A stretch of 64,000 bases of DNA from an uncultured Acidimicrobiia bacterium. Its GTDB lineage: Bacteria > Actinomycetota > Acidimicrobiia > Acidimicrobiales > JACDCH01. Below are positions 18,358-29,662 of this stretch, piece by piece (within the stretch, counting starts at the first letter, position 1; each line of letters starts with the position of its first letter). The stretch spans positions 13,906 to 77,905 of the forward strand of contig CAWGFA010000026.1 in assembly GCA_963821725.1 (NCBI GenBank), given 5' to 3'. The translations under genes were made by a program, and so were the position numbers. The notes beneath the pieces are model-generated. The model saw only the letters and a program-made list of their open reading frames with translations. It was not told the DNA's origin and did not search any database.

Positions 18358-19152
18358 ATGCCGACGGTCACGGCGAACGGCATCGCCGTCTACTTCGAGC
18401 GAGCCGGCACAGGCCCGCCCCTGCTGTTCCTCAACGGCTCGGGGTCGACGATCGAGACGAGCAGGCTCCTCATCGACCTGTTCAAACCTCGTTTCGACGT
18501 CCTCGTCCACGACCAACGCGGGCTGGGCAAGACGGAGATCCCTTCCGAGCCGTACTCGATGGCGGACTACGCCGCGGATGCGATCGCGCTGCTGGACGCG
18601 GTGGGTTGGCAACGGTGCCGAGTCGTCGGGGTCTCGTTCGGCGGGATGGTCGCGCAGGAGCTGGCGGTCACCGCTCCCGCTCGCGTCGAGCGACTCGCGC
18701 TCGTGTGCACGTCACCCGGCGGCGTCGGTGGCGCGTCGTACCCACTGCACGAGCTGGTGGACCTCGACGCCGATGCGCACGCCGACGCCCATCTACGGCT
18801 GATGGACACCCGGTTCGACGACTCGTGGCTGGCCGCTCATCCCAACGATCAAGCCTTGGTCGACATGATGAACCGCCGGCGCGCGGGCGAGCGCAGCGCG
18901 GAGCAACTGCGGGGCGAACGTGCACAGCTCGAGGCGCGCCGCTACCACGACGTGTGTTCCCGGCTCAGCGTGGTCGCGTCGCCGACGCTCGTGGCGTCGG
19001 GCCGTTACGACGGGATCGCGCCACCGTCCAACGGCGCGGCCATTGCCGAACGCATACCTGGCGCCGAGCTTCGCGTGTACGAAGGCGGACACGCCTTCTT
19101 CGCACAGGACCGTCGCGCTCTCCCCGACATCCTCGACTTCCTGGCCGCCTGA
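18358..19152 (+). CDS. Alpha/beta hydrolase
   Basis: Intact ORF (ATG at 18358, [19 protein letters not shown]) with GVSFGG nucleophile elbow and C-terminal GGHAFF. Confidence 0.85.
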   Translation: MPTVTANGIAVYFERAGTGPPLLFLNGSGSTIETSRLLIDLFKPRFDVLVHDQRGLGKTEIPSEPYSMADYAADAIALLDAVGWQRCRVVGVSFGGMVAQELAVTAPARVERLALVCTSPGGVGGASYPLHELVDLDADAHADAHLRLMDTRFDDSWLAAHPNDQALVDMMNRRRAGERSAEQLRGERAQLEARRYHDVCSRLSVVASPTLVASGRYDGIAPPSNGAAIAERIPGAELRVYEGGHAFFAQDRRALPDILDFLAA

Positions 19153-19161
19153 CCTCGAACG

Positions 19162-19940
19162 TCAGGGCCCGGGGAACACCCGGCGAAGCCGGTCGAGGAC
19201 GTCGGTATCGCCCTTGACCGCTGGCGTGTGGTCGGGGTCGAGGCGCCCGTACACCAGCCGGATCAACGCCTCCGCCGGCAATTCGAGCTCCGCCGTGCCG
19301 CCGTCGTGACCCACGTCGTCGGCTCCGGGCGTGAAGGACACGCTGTCCGCGCTGACCTCGATGGTGAACGTGCGCTCGGGTGCGCGTCGTGCGCACCAGG
19401 ATTCGCTGCTCGTCGCCGCCGTCCGGACGGGCGGTGAATCGTCCGATCAGATCGAGGTTGTCGACGACGAGCGCCGCTTCGTCGTCCGGCAACGTCGCCG
19501 CGGCCTCGACGGGCTACCGCGATGTCCCACGTGTGCAGCGTGTGCTCGTTGAGCCGCATGGAAACGACAGCGGTGGCATCGAGCGACAGCGGGCCCATGC
19601 TGATGGAGAGCCCGGCCCGCTCGTCGTCGGTGAGTCCGGCGAGCCGCGACACCAGCGCGTCGTCAGCGACGAGTCCGTCGACTGCCTTGTCCTTCGGCGA
19701 CTTCGCGTTCCACTCGTCCCACACGGAAGGCGCGAAGTCGTCGGGCAGATCGCGACCGGCCAACTCGTCGTCGACCCGGCGCTGCATGATGACGGCGCCG
19801 GATCCGATGTGCGACATCACGTCGGCGATCGACCACTCGGTCGGGTACGCGGGAGCGACGAGCTGACTGTCGTCGAGCGGTTCGACGAGACGATGCAGCC
19901 GGAGCACGGATGCCTGCAGCGCATGAAGTTGCGAGTCCAC
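19162..19940 (-). CDS. DinB-like / mycothiol-dependent maleylpyruvate isomerase N-terminal domain protein (TIGR03083-like); frame breaks near 19495 and 19385
   Basis: ORF 19263..19940 (LVAPAYPTEWSIADVMSHIGSGA...LNEHTLHTWDI), then ORF 18965..19492 (LPDDEAALVVDNLDLIGRFTARPDGGDEQRILVRT), then a third frame ending ...LIRLVYGRLDPDHTPAVKGDTDVLDRLRRVFPGP. Confidence 0.65.
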
Positions 19941-19949
19941 GGACGCACG

Positions 19950-20849
19950 CTACAAGTGCGTCCTCTTCGCAACGTCGTCGGCGACCGACTTCTCGAACCA
20001 GTGGTCACCGTAGGGCTCGTCGTTGAACGCAGCCACCTCGCGGTAGCCGCTGGACCGGTACATGGCGATCGCTTCCACCAACGCGCGGTTGGTCTCGAGC
20101 CGGACCACGCCGCAGCCGTGCTCGGCCGCTCTGCGCTCGAGCTCGGCGAGCAACCTCCGGCCGACGCCGAGTCCACGGACGACGGGCGAGACCCACATGC
20201 GCTTCACGTCCGCGGGCGCCCTGCCGTGGAACTTCAGCGCGCCACAGCACACCGGCTCGCCACGAAGCACCCCCACCAGGAATGTGCCGGCCGGCGGTCG
20301 CATCTCGGCGGGATCTGCGGGAAGCGTTGCGTCGGGGTCGAACCCCGTGTCGAACCGGCGATCGAGCTCGGCGAAGTATTCGCGCAGGCAGTACTGCGCA
20401 TGGCGGCTGTTCGGGTCGGCGGACTCGATCGTGATCAACGCCGCGGTCAGCAGTCGTTCGATCTCCCGCATCGCCTCGACCAAGCGATCACGCTGGGTCT
20501 CGGTCAGGGGCTCGAGCAGGGCGCGGGCCAAGGCATCGCTGCGTCGATCGAGCAACGAACGCTCCCGTCGTCCCTTCGCCGTGAGACGAGCGGACCGCAT
20601 GCGCTTGTCACGTGCGCTCACGACGACCTTCACCAAGCCCGCCTCCTCGAGCGATCGCAGCAGCCGGCTGACGTAGCCCGAGTCGAGTGCCAGACGCGAT
20701 CGCAGGCTGCGCACGTCACAGCCGTCCTCGCCGATCTCCCAGAGCACTCGAGCCTCACCGAGTGGCCGGTCCCGGGAGAGATAGTGGTCGTCGAGGGCGC
20801 CCACTCGTTGCGTGACGGTCCGGTTGAAGGATCGCACCTGATCGATCAT
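19950..20849 (-). CDS. MarR-family HTH fused to GNAT acetyltransferase
   Basis: Intact 299-aa ORF. N-terminal part: LALDSGYVSRLLRSLEEAGLV (MarR HTH). C-terminal part: MWVSPVVRGLGVGRRLLAELERRA (GNAT motif A). Confidence 0.85.
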   Translation of the reverse strand: MIDQVRSFNRTVTQRVGALDDHYLSRDRPLGEARVLWEIGEDGCDVRSLRSRLALDSGYVSRLLRSLEEAGLVKVVVSARDKRMRSARLTAKGRRERSLLDRRSDALARALLEPLTETQRDRLVEAMREIERLLTAALITIESADPNSRHAQYCLREYFAELDRRFDTGFDPDATLPADPAEMRPPAGTFLVGVLRGEPVCCGALKFHGRAPADVKRMWVSPVVRGLGVGRRLLAELERRAAEHGCGVVRLETNRALVEAIAMYRSSGYREVAAFNDEPYGDHWFEKSVADDVAKRTHL

Positions 20850-20865
20850 GCGGGTCTCGTGGATT

Positions 20866-20885
20866 TCTCTGACTCTAGTCAGAGA
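20866..20885. promoter_or_regulatory. Perfect 9-2-9 palindrome TCTCTGACT-CT-AGTCAGAGA in the divergent MarR-GNAT / DUF1684 intergenic region (operator candidate)
   Basis: Read directly from the sequence. It lies 17 nt upstream of the MarR-GNAT start at 20849. Confidence 0.5.
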
Positions 20886-20933
20886 CTCGGAACCGTGCCC
20901 CGACTTCGTAGCCCGACTTCATAGGTTGGTCGC

Positions 20934-21530
20934 GTGACGTCGCTGCCGCTGCTCGATTGGCGCCGGAAGGTCTTTCGTCTGTACGCCGAGGTCCGAGGGA
21001 TGGCCGACGTCCGCGCCGCGCACGATCTCTGGAAGGCGACACGGGACGATCTCCTCCAGCACCATCCCGAGTCGCCCATCCCCGAGGCGCGACGCGCGAC
21101 GTTCGGAGGCGTGCCCGTCGCGCCGTACGACCCCGCGCTGCGGTTCGAGGCCACCGTGGACACCGACGTGGAGCCGGAACCCTTCGAAGTCTCGACGGGG
21201 ACCGACGGCGTGGTCCCCTTCGAGCGGGTCGGCCGCGTCCGGCTCGCCGGCGTCGGCGATCTCGACGTCTGGTGGATCGGCTCCTACGGAGGCGGCGTGT
21301 TCGTCCCGATCAAGGATGGCCTGGCGGGCAGCCGGACGTACGGCGGTGGTCGCTACGTCATCGACACCGTCAAGGGCGCGGACCTCGGCGGCGACGGCGA
21401 CGTGCTCGTCATCGACCTGAACTTCGCGTACAACCCGTCGTGTGCGTACGACCCCGCGTGGGCGTGCCCGCTGGCACCCCCAGGCAATGTGGTTCCGGCT
21501 GCCGTGGACGCCGGCGAACTGATGACCTGA
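20934..21530 (+). CDS. DUF1684 domain protein
   Basis: Intact 198-aa ORF. GGGRYVID...LDLNFAYNPSCAYDPAWACPLAPPGN is the signature I associate with DUF1684. Confidence 0.8.
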   Translation: MTSLPLLDWRRKVFRLYAEVRGMADVRAAHDLWKATRDDLLQHHPESPIPEARRATFGGVPVAPYDPALRFEATVDTDVEPEPFEVSTGTDGVVPFERVGRVRLAGVGDLDVWWIGSYGGGVFVPIKDGLAGSRTYGGGRYVIDTVKGADLGGDGDVLVIDLNFAYNPSCAYDPAWACPLAPPGNVVPAAVDAGELMT

Positions 21531-21578
21531 GCACGACAGCGGCCGGACGGTGTGCGGACGGTAGCGTTGCCTGTTGCC

Positions 21579-22540
21579 ATGAACGGCCGCGGTCACGTTC
21601 ACGACGGTCATGCCGATGGTCACGCCGACCACGCCGACCTTGCGCACTCGCACGTGAGCCGCTCCGCCCAACGTCGTGCGCTGTGGATCTCGTTGGTCGC
21701 CAACGGCGTCTTCATGGTCGTCGAGTTCCTCGGCGGCCTGGCGTTCCAGTCGTTGGCACTGATCGCCGACGCGGCACACATGCTCTCCGATGTCGCCGGC
21801 CTCGGCGTCGCGCTCGTCGCGCAGCACCTCGTCGAACGTCGCGCGACGGCTCGTCACACCTACGGCTTGCAGCGCGCCGAGGTGCTCGGCGCGCAGGCCA
21901 ACGGCCTCGCCCTGCTCGTGGTGGCGGCGTGGGTGATCTACGAAGCGGTCAGACGGATCGGCGAGCCCGCGGATGTCGCCGGCGCCGGTGTCCTCGTCGT
22001 GGCCACCATCGGCCTCGCGGTCAACGTCGTCAGCGCGGTCCTGCTCGCCCGTGCGCAAGGTCACAGCCTCAACATGCGCGGCGCCTTCGTCCACATGGCC
22101 ATGGATGCAGCCGGCTCGGTCGCCGCCATGGTGGCGGGCATCGCCGTCATCGTCTGGAACGCCGACTGGGTCGACCCGGTCGCGTCGATCCTCATCGCCC
22201 TGCTCGTGCTGTGGTCGGCGTGGGGCTTGTTGCGGGACACCGCCCACGTCCTCCTCGAGGGCACGCCCCGAGGGATGGATCCCGCGTCGGTCGAGGCCAC
22301 CCTCGCCGCCGATGACGAAGTCGAAGCCGTGCACCACCTCCATCTGTGGAACCTCGCGTCGGACGTGCCGGCGATGTCAGCGCACGTGGTGTTGCGCGGT
22401 GAGGTGAGCCTGCACGAGGCGCAGGCGAGCGGCGACCGGCTCAAGCTGCTGCTCGAACGCCGCTTCGGCATCACGCACTCCACCCTCGAGCTCGAGTGTC
22501 ATCCCTGCGATCCGGCGCCCGACGAGCAGACGCGCGACCG
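21579..22540 (+). CDS. Cation diffusion facilitator (CzcD-like) with His-rich N-terminus; no in-frame stop (3' end uncertain)
   Basis: First ~320 aa of ORF 21552..23576: HVHDGHADGHADHADLAHSH, AAHMLSDVAG, HMAMDAAGS, six TM segments and a cytoplasmic domain ending ...THSTLELECHPC. The frame stays open into the next gene. Confidence 0.8.
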
Positions 22541-22587
22541 TTCTGGCGTCGACTCACCTCGGCTATCCGGAGTCGACGACGCCAGAA
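22541..22587 (+). terminator. Stem-loop TTCTGGCGTCGACTC...GAGTCGACGACGCCAGAA between the CDF and aldo-keto reductase coding parts
   Basis: Inverted repeat read directly (15-nt arms, one 3-nt bulge). There is no U tract. Confidence 0.3.
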
Positions 22588-22616
22588 TGAGTGGTGGCGG
22601 CCTAAGGTCCGGGGCC

Positions 22617-23576
22617 ATGGATTATCGCCATCTCGGACGTTCAGGCTTGCGTGTGAGCCCGCTGTGCCTCGGAACGATGAACTTCGGCCCGCAGACGGGT
22701 GAGGCCGACAGCTTCGCGATCATGGACCGCGCTCTCGACGCCGGCATCAACTTCTTCGACACCGCGAACGGCTACGGGGGCGGCGAGACCGAGCAGATCG
22801 TCGGCCGGTGGTTCGCCCAGGGCGGGGGTCGCAGGGACAAGGTCGTCCTCGCGACGAAGGTGTACGGCAACGTGGCCGGTGAATGGCCCAACGACTCGAA
22901 GCTGTCGGCCCGGCACATTCGTGACGCGTGCGAGGCCAGTCTTCGCCGCCTGCAGACCGATCACATCGACCTGTACCAGATGCACCACGTCGACCGCGCG
23001 ACGCCGTGGGAGGAGGTCTGGCAGGCGATGGACCTCCTCGTCGCGCAGGGCAAGGTCATCTACGTCGGCAGCTCGAACTTCGCGGGATGGCACATCGCCG
23101 CGGCGAACGAGGCAGCCCGCCGTCGCAACTCGTTCGGCCTGGTCTCGGAGCAGAGCCTGTACAACCTCAAGACCCGCACGATCGAGCTCGAGGTGATCCC
23201 TGCGTGCGAGGCCTACGGCGTCGGGATCCTGCCGTGGAGCCCGCTGGGCAGCGGCCTGCTCGGCGGCTCCGTCGGCCAGGGCGACGGCCGGCGCTCGAGC
23301 GATGGCATGAAGGCGGCCGCGGAGTGGCTGCGGGACACGCTCGACGCGTGGGAGAAGCTGTGCGCCGAGCTCGGTGAGCGACCGGCCGATGTGGCGCTGG
23401 CGTGGCTGCTGAGCAACCCGGTCGTCACCGCTCCGATCATCGGCCCGCGAACCATGGAGCAGTTCGACGGCGCGCTGCGTTCGGTCGACATCGACCTCGA
23501 CGCGGAGACGCTCGGCCGCCTCGACAAGATCTTCCCCGGCCCGGGCGGGCCGGCCCCCGAGGCCTACGCCTGGTGA
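22617..23576 (+). CDS. Aldo-keto reductase
   Basis: MDYRHLGRSGLRVSPLCLGTMNFG...FFDTANGYG...IDLYQMHHVD...YVGSSNF...SPLGSGLL; ATG at 22617 inside ORF 21552..23576. Confidence 0.9.
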   Translation: MDYRHLGRSGLRVSPLCLGTMNFGPQTGEADSFAIMDRALDAGINFFDTANGYGGGETEQIVGRWFAQGGGRRDKVVLATKVYGNVAGEWPNDSKLSARHIRDACEASLRRLQTDHIDLYQMHHVDRATPWEEVWQAMDLLVAQGKVIYVGSSNFAGWHIAAANEAARRRNSFGLVSEQSLYNLKTRTIELEVIPACEAYGVGILPWSPLGSGLLGGSVGQGDGRRSSDGMKAAAEWLRDTLDAWEKLCAELGERPADVALAWLLSNPVVTAPIIGPRTMEQFDGALRSVDIDLDAETLGRLDKIFPGPGGPAPEAYAW

Positions 23577-24682
23577 TCGTCCGGACCGACGACGCGGACC
23601 GGCACCCGTTGCACTGCGTTGTTCGCGTAGCCACCGACGTTCCACGCCGGCTGTAGCGGCTGCGGCGTGCCCGCCGCGTCCGTCGCTCGACAACACAGCT
23701 CGAACTCGCCCGGACGAGCGCGCCAGGCATAGGTCCAACCGATCCACTTGCCGACGACAGCTTGTTCGTCGTCGAGCTGCGCGGCGCTCCACGTGTCGCC
23801 TCCGTCCACACTGACTTCGACCGACGTGATCGGAGCCGCGCCGGACCACGCTCGTCCCTCGACCGCGCAGTCACCCGCCTCCACCATCCGCGTGCGAGTG
23901 AAGAAGTCGGGGATCCCGGGCGGTCGGAGCAGCGCGCGCGGGACCATGCGCGTCACAGGTGCACCGGGATCGTCGTCCGCCGCCCGCATCCGGTAACCGA
24001 CGGCCTGCTGGTAGCCCTCGAACGTCGTGTCGATGGCGGTGATGGCGGAGAGCCACTTCACGTTCGTCATGCCGTACCAGCCGGGCACGACCAGCCGCAG
24101 CGGGAACCCGTGCTGGGGAGGAAGCGACGCGCCGTTCAGGTCGTAGGCAAGGAGTGCACCCGTAGCGAGCGCGTCGTGCACGGAGAGGCTGCGTTGGTAC
24201 CACTGCTCGACACCGCCTTCGACCCCACGGTCAGCGCCCGTGAACAGCACCTCGACCGCTGCGTGCTGCAGTCCCGCGGCCGACAGCACGTGTTGGAGCT
24301 CGACGCCGGACCACTCGCCGGTCCCGACTGCCTCCACGAGCCAGGGCTGGCTCGACGGACGAGGATCGAGCAACGCTCGCCCGTTGCCCGCGCACTCCAT
24401 CGTCAGCACGCGCGTCGTGACCGGCATGGCCCGCAGGTCGTCGAGCGACAGCTCGAGCTCGTGCTCGACGCATCCGTCGATCCGCAGTCGCCAGGCGACG
24501 GGATCGACCATCGGGATGTCGTAGTGGATCAACAGGTAGTGCAGCCCGACGGGCGTCACCGGATAGCGCAGCGCCTCGAGCGGCATGCCGTGGTTGCGCG
24601 TGGCGAGCTGCAGCTCCTCGCGCGACACGCCTTCACCCACGCCCTGGACGATACGCGGGGACAAGTCGCGACAGGAGTGCAA
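23564..24682 (-). CDS. Sulfite-oxidase-like molybdopterin oxidoreductase (exact start uncertain, 24640-24682)
   Basis: Intact ORF: ATRNHGMPLEALRYPVTPVGLHYLLIHYDIP...TMECAGNGR...GFPLRLVVPGWYGMTNVKWL. Confidence 0.85.
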   Translation of the reverse strand: MHSCRDLSPRIVQGVGEGVSREELQLATRNHGMPLEALRYPVTPVGLHYLLIHYDIPMVDPVAWRLRIDGCVEHELELSLDDLRAMPVTTRVLTMECAGNGRALLDPRPSSQPWLVEAVGTGEWSGVELQHVLSAAGLQHAAVEVLFTGADRGVEGGVEQWYQRSLSVHDALATGALLAYDLNGASLPPQHGFPLRLVVPGWYGMTNVKWLSAITAIDTTFEGYQQAVGYRMRAADDDPGAPVTRMVPRALLRPPGIPDFFTRTRMVEAGDCAVEGRAWSGAAPITSVEVSVDGGDTWSAAQLDDEQAVVGKWIGWTYAWRARPGEFELCCRATDAAGTPQPLQPAWNVGGYANNAVQRVPVRVVGPDDHQA

Positions 24683-24693
24683 ACCTGCTGTTC

Positions 24694-25097
24694 ATGCACC
24701 AAGGACAGACCGCGGCGTCGCACGCGGAAGGTGACCGCTCGCGACATCGAGCTGTTCACCGAGCTGACGGGCGACCGCAATCCCCTGCACTACGACAGCG
24801 CAGCGGCCGAGGCGAGCCGGTTCGGCGGGATCATCGTCCAAGGCGGCGTCACGTCGGGTCTGCTGAACGCGCTCGGTGGCCGAGGACCTCCCCGGTCCGG
24901 GCAGTGTCTTCCTGCACGTCGACTGGAATTTTCGAGCGCCGGTCAGGCCGGGCGACGAGATCACCGCCGAAGCCGAGGTGATCGAGGTGAAGGCCGACAA
25001 GCCGATCTGCACGCTGCGCACGACCATCACCAACCAGGACGGAACCGTCGTGCTCGACGGTTCCGCGCTCGTCTACCAAGAGCCGCTCGCGCGCTGA
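24694..25097 (+). CDS. MaoC-like (R)-specific enoyl-CoA hydratase / hot-dog dehydratase; frame breaks near 24726 and 24872
   Basis: MHQGQTAAS.., then KVTARDIELFTELTGDRNPLHYD...GGIIVQGGVTSGLLNAL (frame of ORF 23762..25138), then ORF 24876..25097 (AEDLPGPGSVFLHVDWNFRAPVRPGDEI...). Confidence 0.7.
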
Positions 25098-27343
25098 TCA
25101 CGCATCCCGCATCGCTTGCCACACGCGCGCGGGCGTGAACGGTGGATCCAGGTGGCGGATGCCGAGCGGCGCGAGGGCGTCCACCACCGCGTTCCAGAAC
25201 GCGCTGATCGAGCCGGTCGTGCCGGACTCGCCGATTCCCTTCGCCCCGAGCGGGTTCCGGGGTGTGGGCGTGACCGTGTGCGCCGTTCGGAAGAAGGGCA
25301 GCTCGGCCGCTGACGGGACGGCGTAGTCGACGAGCGTCGCCGTGAGCGGATTGCCGTCGTCGTCGTAACGGACCTCCTCGAAGAGCATCTGCGCGATGCC
25401 CTGCGCGAGTCCGCCGTGGACCTGACCAGCGGCGAGGAGCGGGTTGATCACGACGCCGCAGTCGTCGACGGCAACGACGTCACGGATCGCGACCTGGCCG
25501 GTCTCGCGATCGATCTCGACGACCGCGACATGACAGCCGAACGGAAACGTGCCCGACTGCTCGAAGTCGAGGGCATGTGCGAGCGGCATCTCCACGCGCG
25601 TGCTGCGACCGCGAGCTCGGCCCACGTGCGTCCGGTGACGGGCACACCGGCGACGCCGACTCGGCCGTCGTCCAACACGACCACGTCGTCGACCGCCGCT
25701 TCGAGCAGCTCGGCAGCGAGGGTCCGCGCCTGCAGCAGAACCTGCTCCGACGCGCGCAGCACCGCGGAACCGGCGAGCTGCAACGACCGCGATCCGAACG
25801 TACCGGTGCCATGATCGACACGCTGCGTGTCCGAGTGAACCACGCGCACCGACTCGAACGGCACACCGAGGGTGGCGCTCGCGATCTGGGCCCACATCGT
25901 CTCGTGTCCTTGGCCGTGCGGGACGCTGCCCGAGGTGACCACGACGGAGCCGTCGTCGTCCACCGCCACCGCGCCGAATTCTCCGCCGTTGCCCGACGTC
26001 TCCACGTAACAGCCGATGCCGATGCCGAGCAACGACGCGCTCTGATCAAGACGCCGGCTGCGTTGTTCCTCTCGCAGCTCGCGGTAGCCGACGAGGTCGA
26101 GCGCCGTGTCGAGTGCCTTCGCGTAGTCGCCGGTGTCGTACACGGCCCCGGTCTTCGTGGTGAAGGGGAATTCCTCCGGCGCGGGGAAGTTGCGTCGACG
26201 GATCTCGGCCGGATCCATGCCGAGCTCGGCGGCGACGAGATCGACGGCGCGCTCACAGATCGCCGCTGCTTCGGGGCGGCCGGCGCCTCGATACGGGCCG
26301 GTCGGCGTGGCGTTGGTCAGCACGGCGATCGCGCTGTAGTCGTGACGCTCCCACCGGTAGACACCGGCAGACATGAACCGCGTCACAAGCGGGATGAACG
26401 TGCCCCGCACGGGATAGGCGCCGACGTCAGCCCAACCGCGGACCCGCAGACCGCCGAGCGTGCCGTCGCGCCGGGCGCCGACGGTCACCTCGTGCACCTG
26501 CGCGCGTCCGTGCGTCATGCCGAGCAGGTTCTCCGTTCGCGTCTCGATCCATCGCACCGGGCGTCCGAGACGGCGAGCGAGCGCAACCACCATGACCTGC
26601 TGGACGTAGGTGCCGCCCTTTGCTCCGAAGCCGCCGCCGATCCACGGCGCGCGGACGCGCACCTGGTCGGGTTCGAGGCCGAGGATCGTGCAGACTTCAT
26701 CGCGCACGCCGAACACACCCTGGGTCGATGCCCACAGGGTGATCGACCCGTCCGCTTCGGGCACGGCGAGCGCGCCGTTGGGTTCGAGCGGAGCCGGTGC
26801 GATCCGCTGGTGCGTGAGCCGGGCGCTGACCACCACGTCGTCGCCTGCGAAGAACTCGTCGTCGAGCGCGTGATGCCGCCCGCCCACGATGTTCGTTCCG
26901 TGCTCGGGAAACAGCCGCGACGCGCCGTCGGCCGCGGCCTCCACCGCACCGAGCGCCACGGGCAACGGCTCGATGTCCACGACCACGGCTTCCGCCGCGT
27001 CGACCGCAGCCTCGTACGACTCCGCGACGACGACCGCCACCGGTTCTCCCACGAACCGTACGCGGTCCACGGCGAGCAACGGCCGAGCCAGTGCGCCGAG
27101 GTGCGCCGCACCCTGTGCGGGCAGGTCCAGATCTCGTGCCGTCAGGACTGCGACGACGCCCGGCAAGTCGTTCGCGGCGTCGACGTCGACGTCTCGTAGG
27201 AGTCCGTGCGCGACCGTGCTGTCGACGAACACGGCATGCAGCAGACCGTCGACATCCAGGTCGGCGACGAACCGCGCCTCGCCCGTCAACAGGGTCGGAT
27301 CCTCGACTCGACGTATCTCGTGGCCCAGCACAGTCGTGGTCAT
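25098..27343 (-). CDS. Xanthine dehydrogenase / CoxL-family molybdopterin-binding subunit; frame break near 25600
   Basis: ORF 25448..27343 (RRVEDPTLLTGEARFVADL...GGGFGAKG...YRGAGRPEAA...) plus the C-terminus in ORF 25098..25895 (VVAVDDCGVVINPLLAAGQVHGGLAQGIAQ...GAKGIGESG). Confidence 0.8.
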
Positions 27344-27361
27344 CGTGAGGAAGATAAGCCG

Positions 27362-27661
27362 ATGCAGACACTCCGGGACCTGCTCGTACAGGTGGCGGCG
27401 CGCGGCGAGACGATCACCTACGACCAGTTGCGGTCACAGCTCGGGCTGACCGGTGACATCGCTCCCGCGCTCCGAACACTCTCCGAGGAAGAGGACGACG
27501 CCGGTCGCGGTCTCCTCACTGCGGTGGTCGTGCGTTCGGACACGGGCCACCCGGGCAACGGGTGGTTCAGGCTCGCCGGAGCGCGTGGCCGTGACGTCAC
27601 GCATGCTGACGCGGCTTGGCAGGCGGAACGGGCTCGCCTGAGACGCTTGCACGGTTGCTGA
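27362..27661 (+). CDS. Small hypothetical protein (~99 aa)
   Basis: ATG at 27362 is preceded by [36 protein letters not shown]... is the protein-like part of ORF 27206..27661. It overlaps the ATPase 3' end by 65 nt, convergently. No family recognised. Confidence 0.45.
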   Translation: MQTLRDLLVQVAARGETITYDQLRSQLGLTGDIAPALRTLSEEEDDAGRGLLTAVVVRSDTGHPGNGWFRLAGARGRDVTHADAAWQAERARLRRLHGC

Positions 27662-29662
27662 GGTCGAGACGGCGCAGAAGCTGCGCGTTCAGCGCGACGA
27701 CGACCGTCGACGCGGACATGAGCACGGCACCGACTGCGGGAGACAGCGTGATGCCAACGGGGGCGAGGACACCGGCGGCGAGTGGGATCGCGACGAGGTT
27801 GTAACCCGCGCCCCAGGCGAGGTTCTGCACCATCTTGCGATAGCTCGCTCTGGACAAGCGGATGACGCTGAGAACGCCGCGGGGGTCGCTCGATGCGAGC
27901 ACGACACCGGCTGACTCGATGGCGACATCGGTACCGGCCCCGATCGCGATCCCGACGTCAGCGCGCGAGCGCGGGCGCATCGTTCACTCCGTCTCCCACC
28001 ATGGCCACCTTCAACGCACGCGCTTGGAGGTCGCTGACGGCACGATCCTTGTCCTCCGGGAGCACCTCGGCGAAGACCTCGTCGACGCCCAGCGCGGCCC
28101 CGACTGCGTCGGCAACTTGGCGCGCATCACCGGTGATCATGACCACGCGCACGCCCGACGCGTGCAACTCGTCGACCGCCGTTCGCGACTCCGGTCGAAT
28201 CTCGTCCTCGAGCGCCAGCGCACCGACGACGTGACCGTTCACCACGACATGGAGCACCGACGCGCCACGGCACGCGCCACGCAGCCGTCGTCTTCGCCAT
28301 GTCCTCGGGCTCTGCACGTTCACGTTCGCGGAGCAGGGCCGGCCCGCCAACCGCCACGGCGTCGTCTTCGACGAAAGCCTCGACACCTCGACCGGTGATC
28401 GACCGGAAGCTCCGCGCCACCGGGATCTCGGCCTGCTGCTCCTGGGCGGCGCGCACGATCGCTCGTGCGAGCGGATGCTCACTGGCCGCCTCGACTGCTG
28501 CGGCCAGCGCGAGGAGGTCACGGTCGGCGACACCGGCAGCTACGACGCCGGTGACGGCGTGGCGGCCCGTGGTCAGCGTCCCGGTCTTGTCGAACAGCAC
28601 CGTGTTCACGACTCGCATGCGTTCCAGGGCGAGTCTGCTCTTCACGAGGATGCCGGCCCGTGCCGCGAGGCTCGTCGACACCGCGATCGTCAGTGGAATC
28701 GCGAGTCCGAGCGCATGAGGGCACGCGATCACCAAGACCGTCACGGTGCGCTCGATCGCTTGATCGAGCTCGCCCATCGCAGTCCACACCAGGAACGTGA
28801 TCGCGCCACGCCCAGCGCGACGTAGAACAGGAGCGCGGCAAATCGGTCGGCCAGCACCTGCGCGCGAGATTGCGATGCCTGCGCGTCCTCCACCAGACGC
28901 TGGATACCGGCGAGCGTGGTGTCGGCGCCGACAGCAGTCACCTGCACCCGGATGGCGGAGTCGGTCGACACGGTGCCGGCCACGACGCGGTCGCCGATGT
29001 GCTTCGGGACGGGCCGCGACTCGCCGGTGATCATCGACTCGTCGAGCTCCGCCTCCCCGTCCACGACCACACCGTCCGCGGGGACACGGCCACCCGACCG
29101 AACCAGAACGACGTCGCCGACGCTCAACCCGTCGAGGGGAACGGATTCGACACCGTCGGGCGTGACTCGCTCGGCTCGATCCGGTAGCAGCTCCGCCGAG
29201 CGCGGAAAGCGCGCTCTGCGCCTGGCCGATGGCTCGCATCTCGAGCCAGTGACCCAAGAGCATGACCGTGACGAGCGTCGACAGCTCGAACCAGAGGTCG
29301 ACGTCGATCAAACCGAACTCGGTCGCGATCGAGGCACCGAATGCGACGAGCAGCCCCAGCGAGATCAGCAGCATCATGCCTGGTTGCCGCGCCTGCAGCT
29401 CTTGCCAGCCGCCACGAAGGAAGACCGGGCCGCCCCACAGGAACACGAGCGTCCCGAAGAGCGGCGCCACGAAGGTGTGGCCGGGGAACTGCGGCGCGGT
29501 GTAGCCCAACCAGTCCTGGACCATGTCGCTGTACAGCACCGTCGGAACGGTCAGCGCGAGGCTCACCCAGAACCGGCGACGGAACATCTCGGCGTGATCA
29601 CCGTGATCGGCGTGCTCACCGTGACGGTCGTGACCGGCGTGGTGCTCGTTCGGCCCCTGCAT
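27597..29662 (-). CDS. P1B-type heavy-metal ATPase, CPH motif and His-rich N-terminus (CopB / P1B-3-like); about 4 frame breaks (~29190, ~28800, ~28290, ~27975)
   Basis: [23 protein letters not shown] (ATG at 29662), [40 protein letters not shown]. Pieces lie in ORFs 28127..30373, 28741..29127, 27958..28533 and 27597..27980. Confidence 0.8.
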
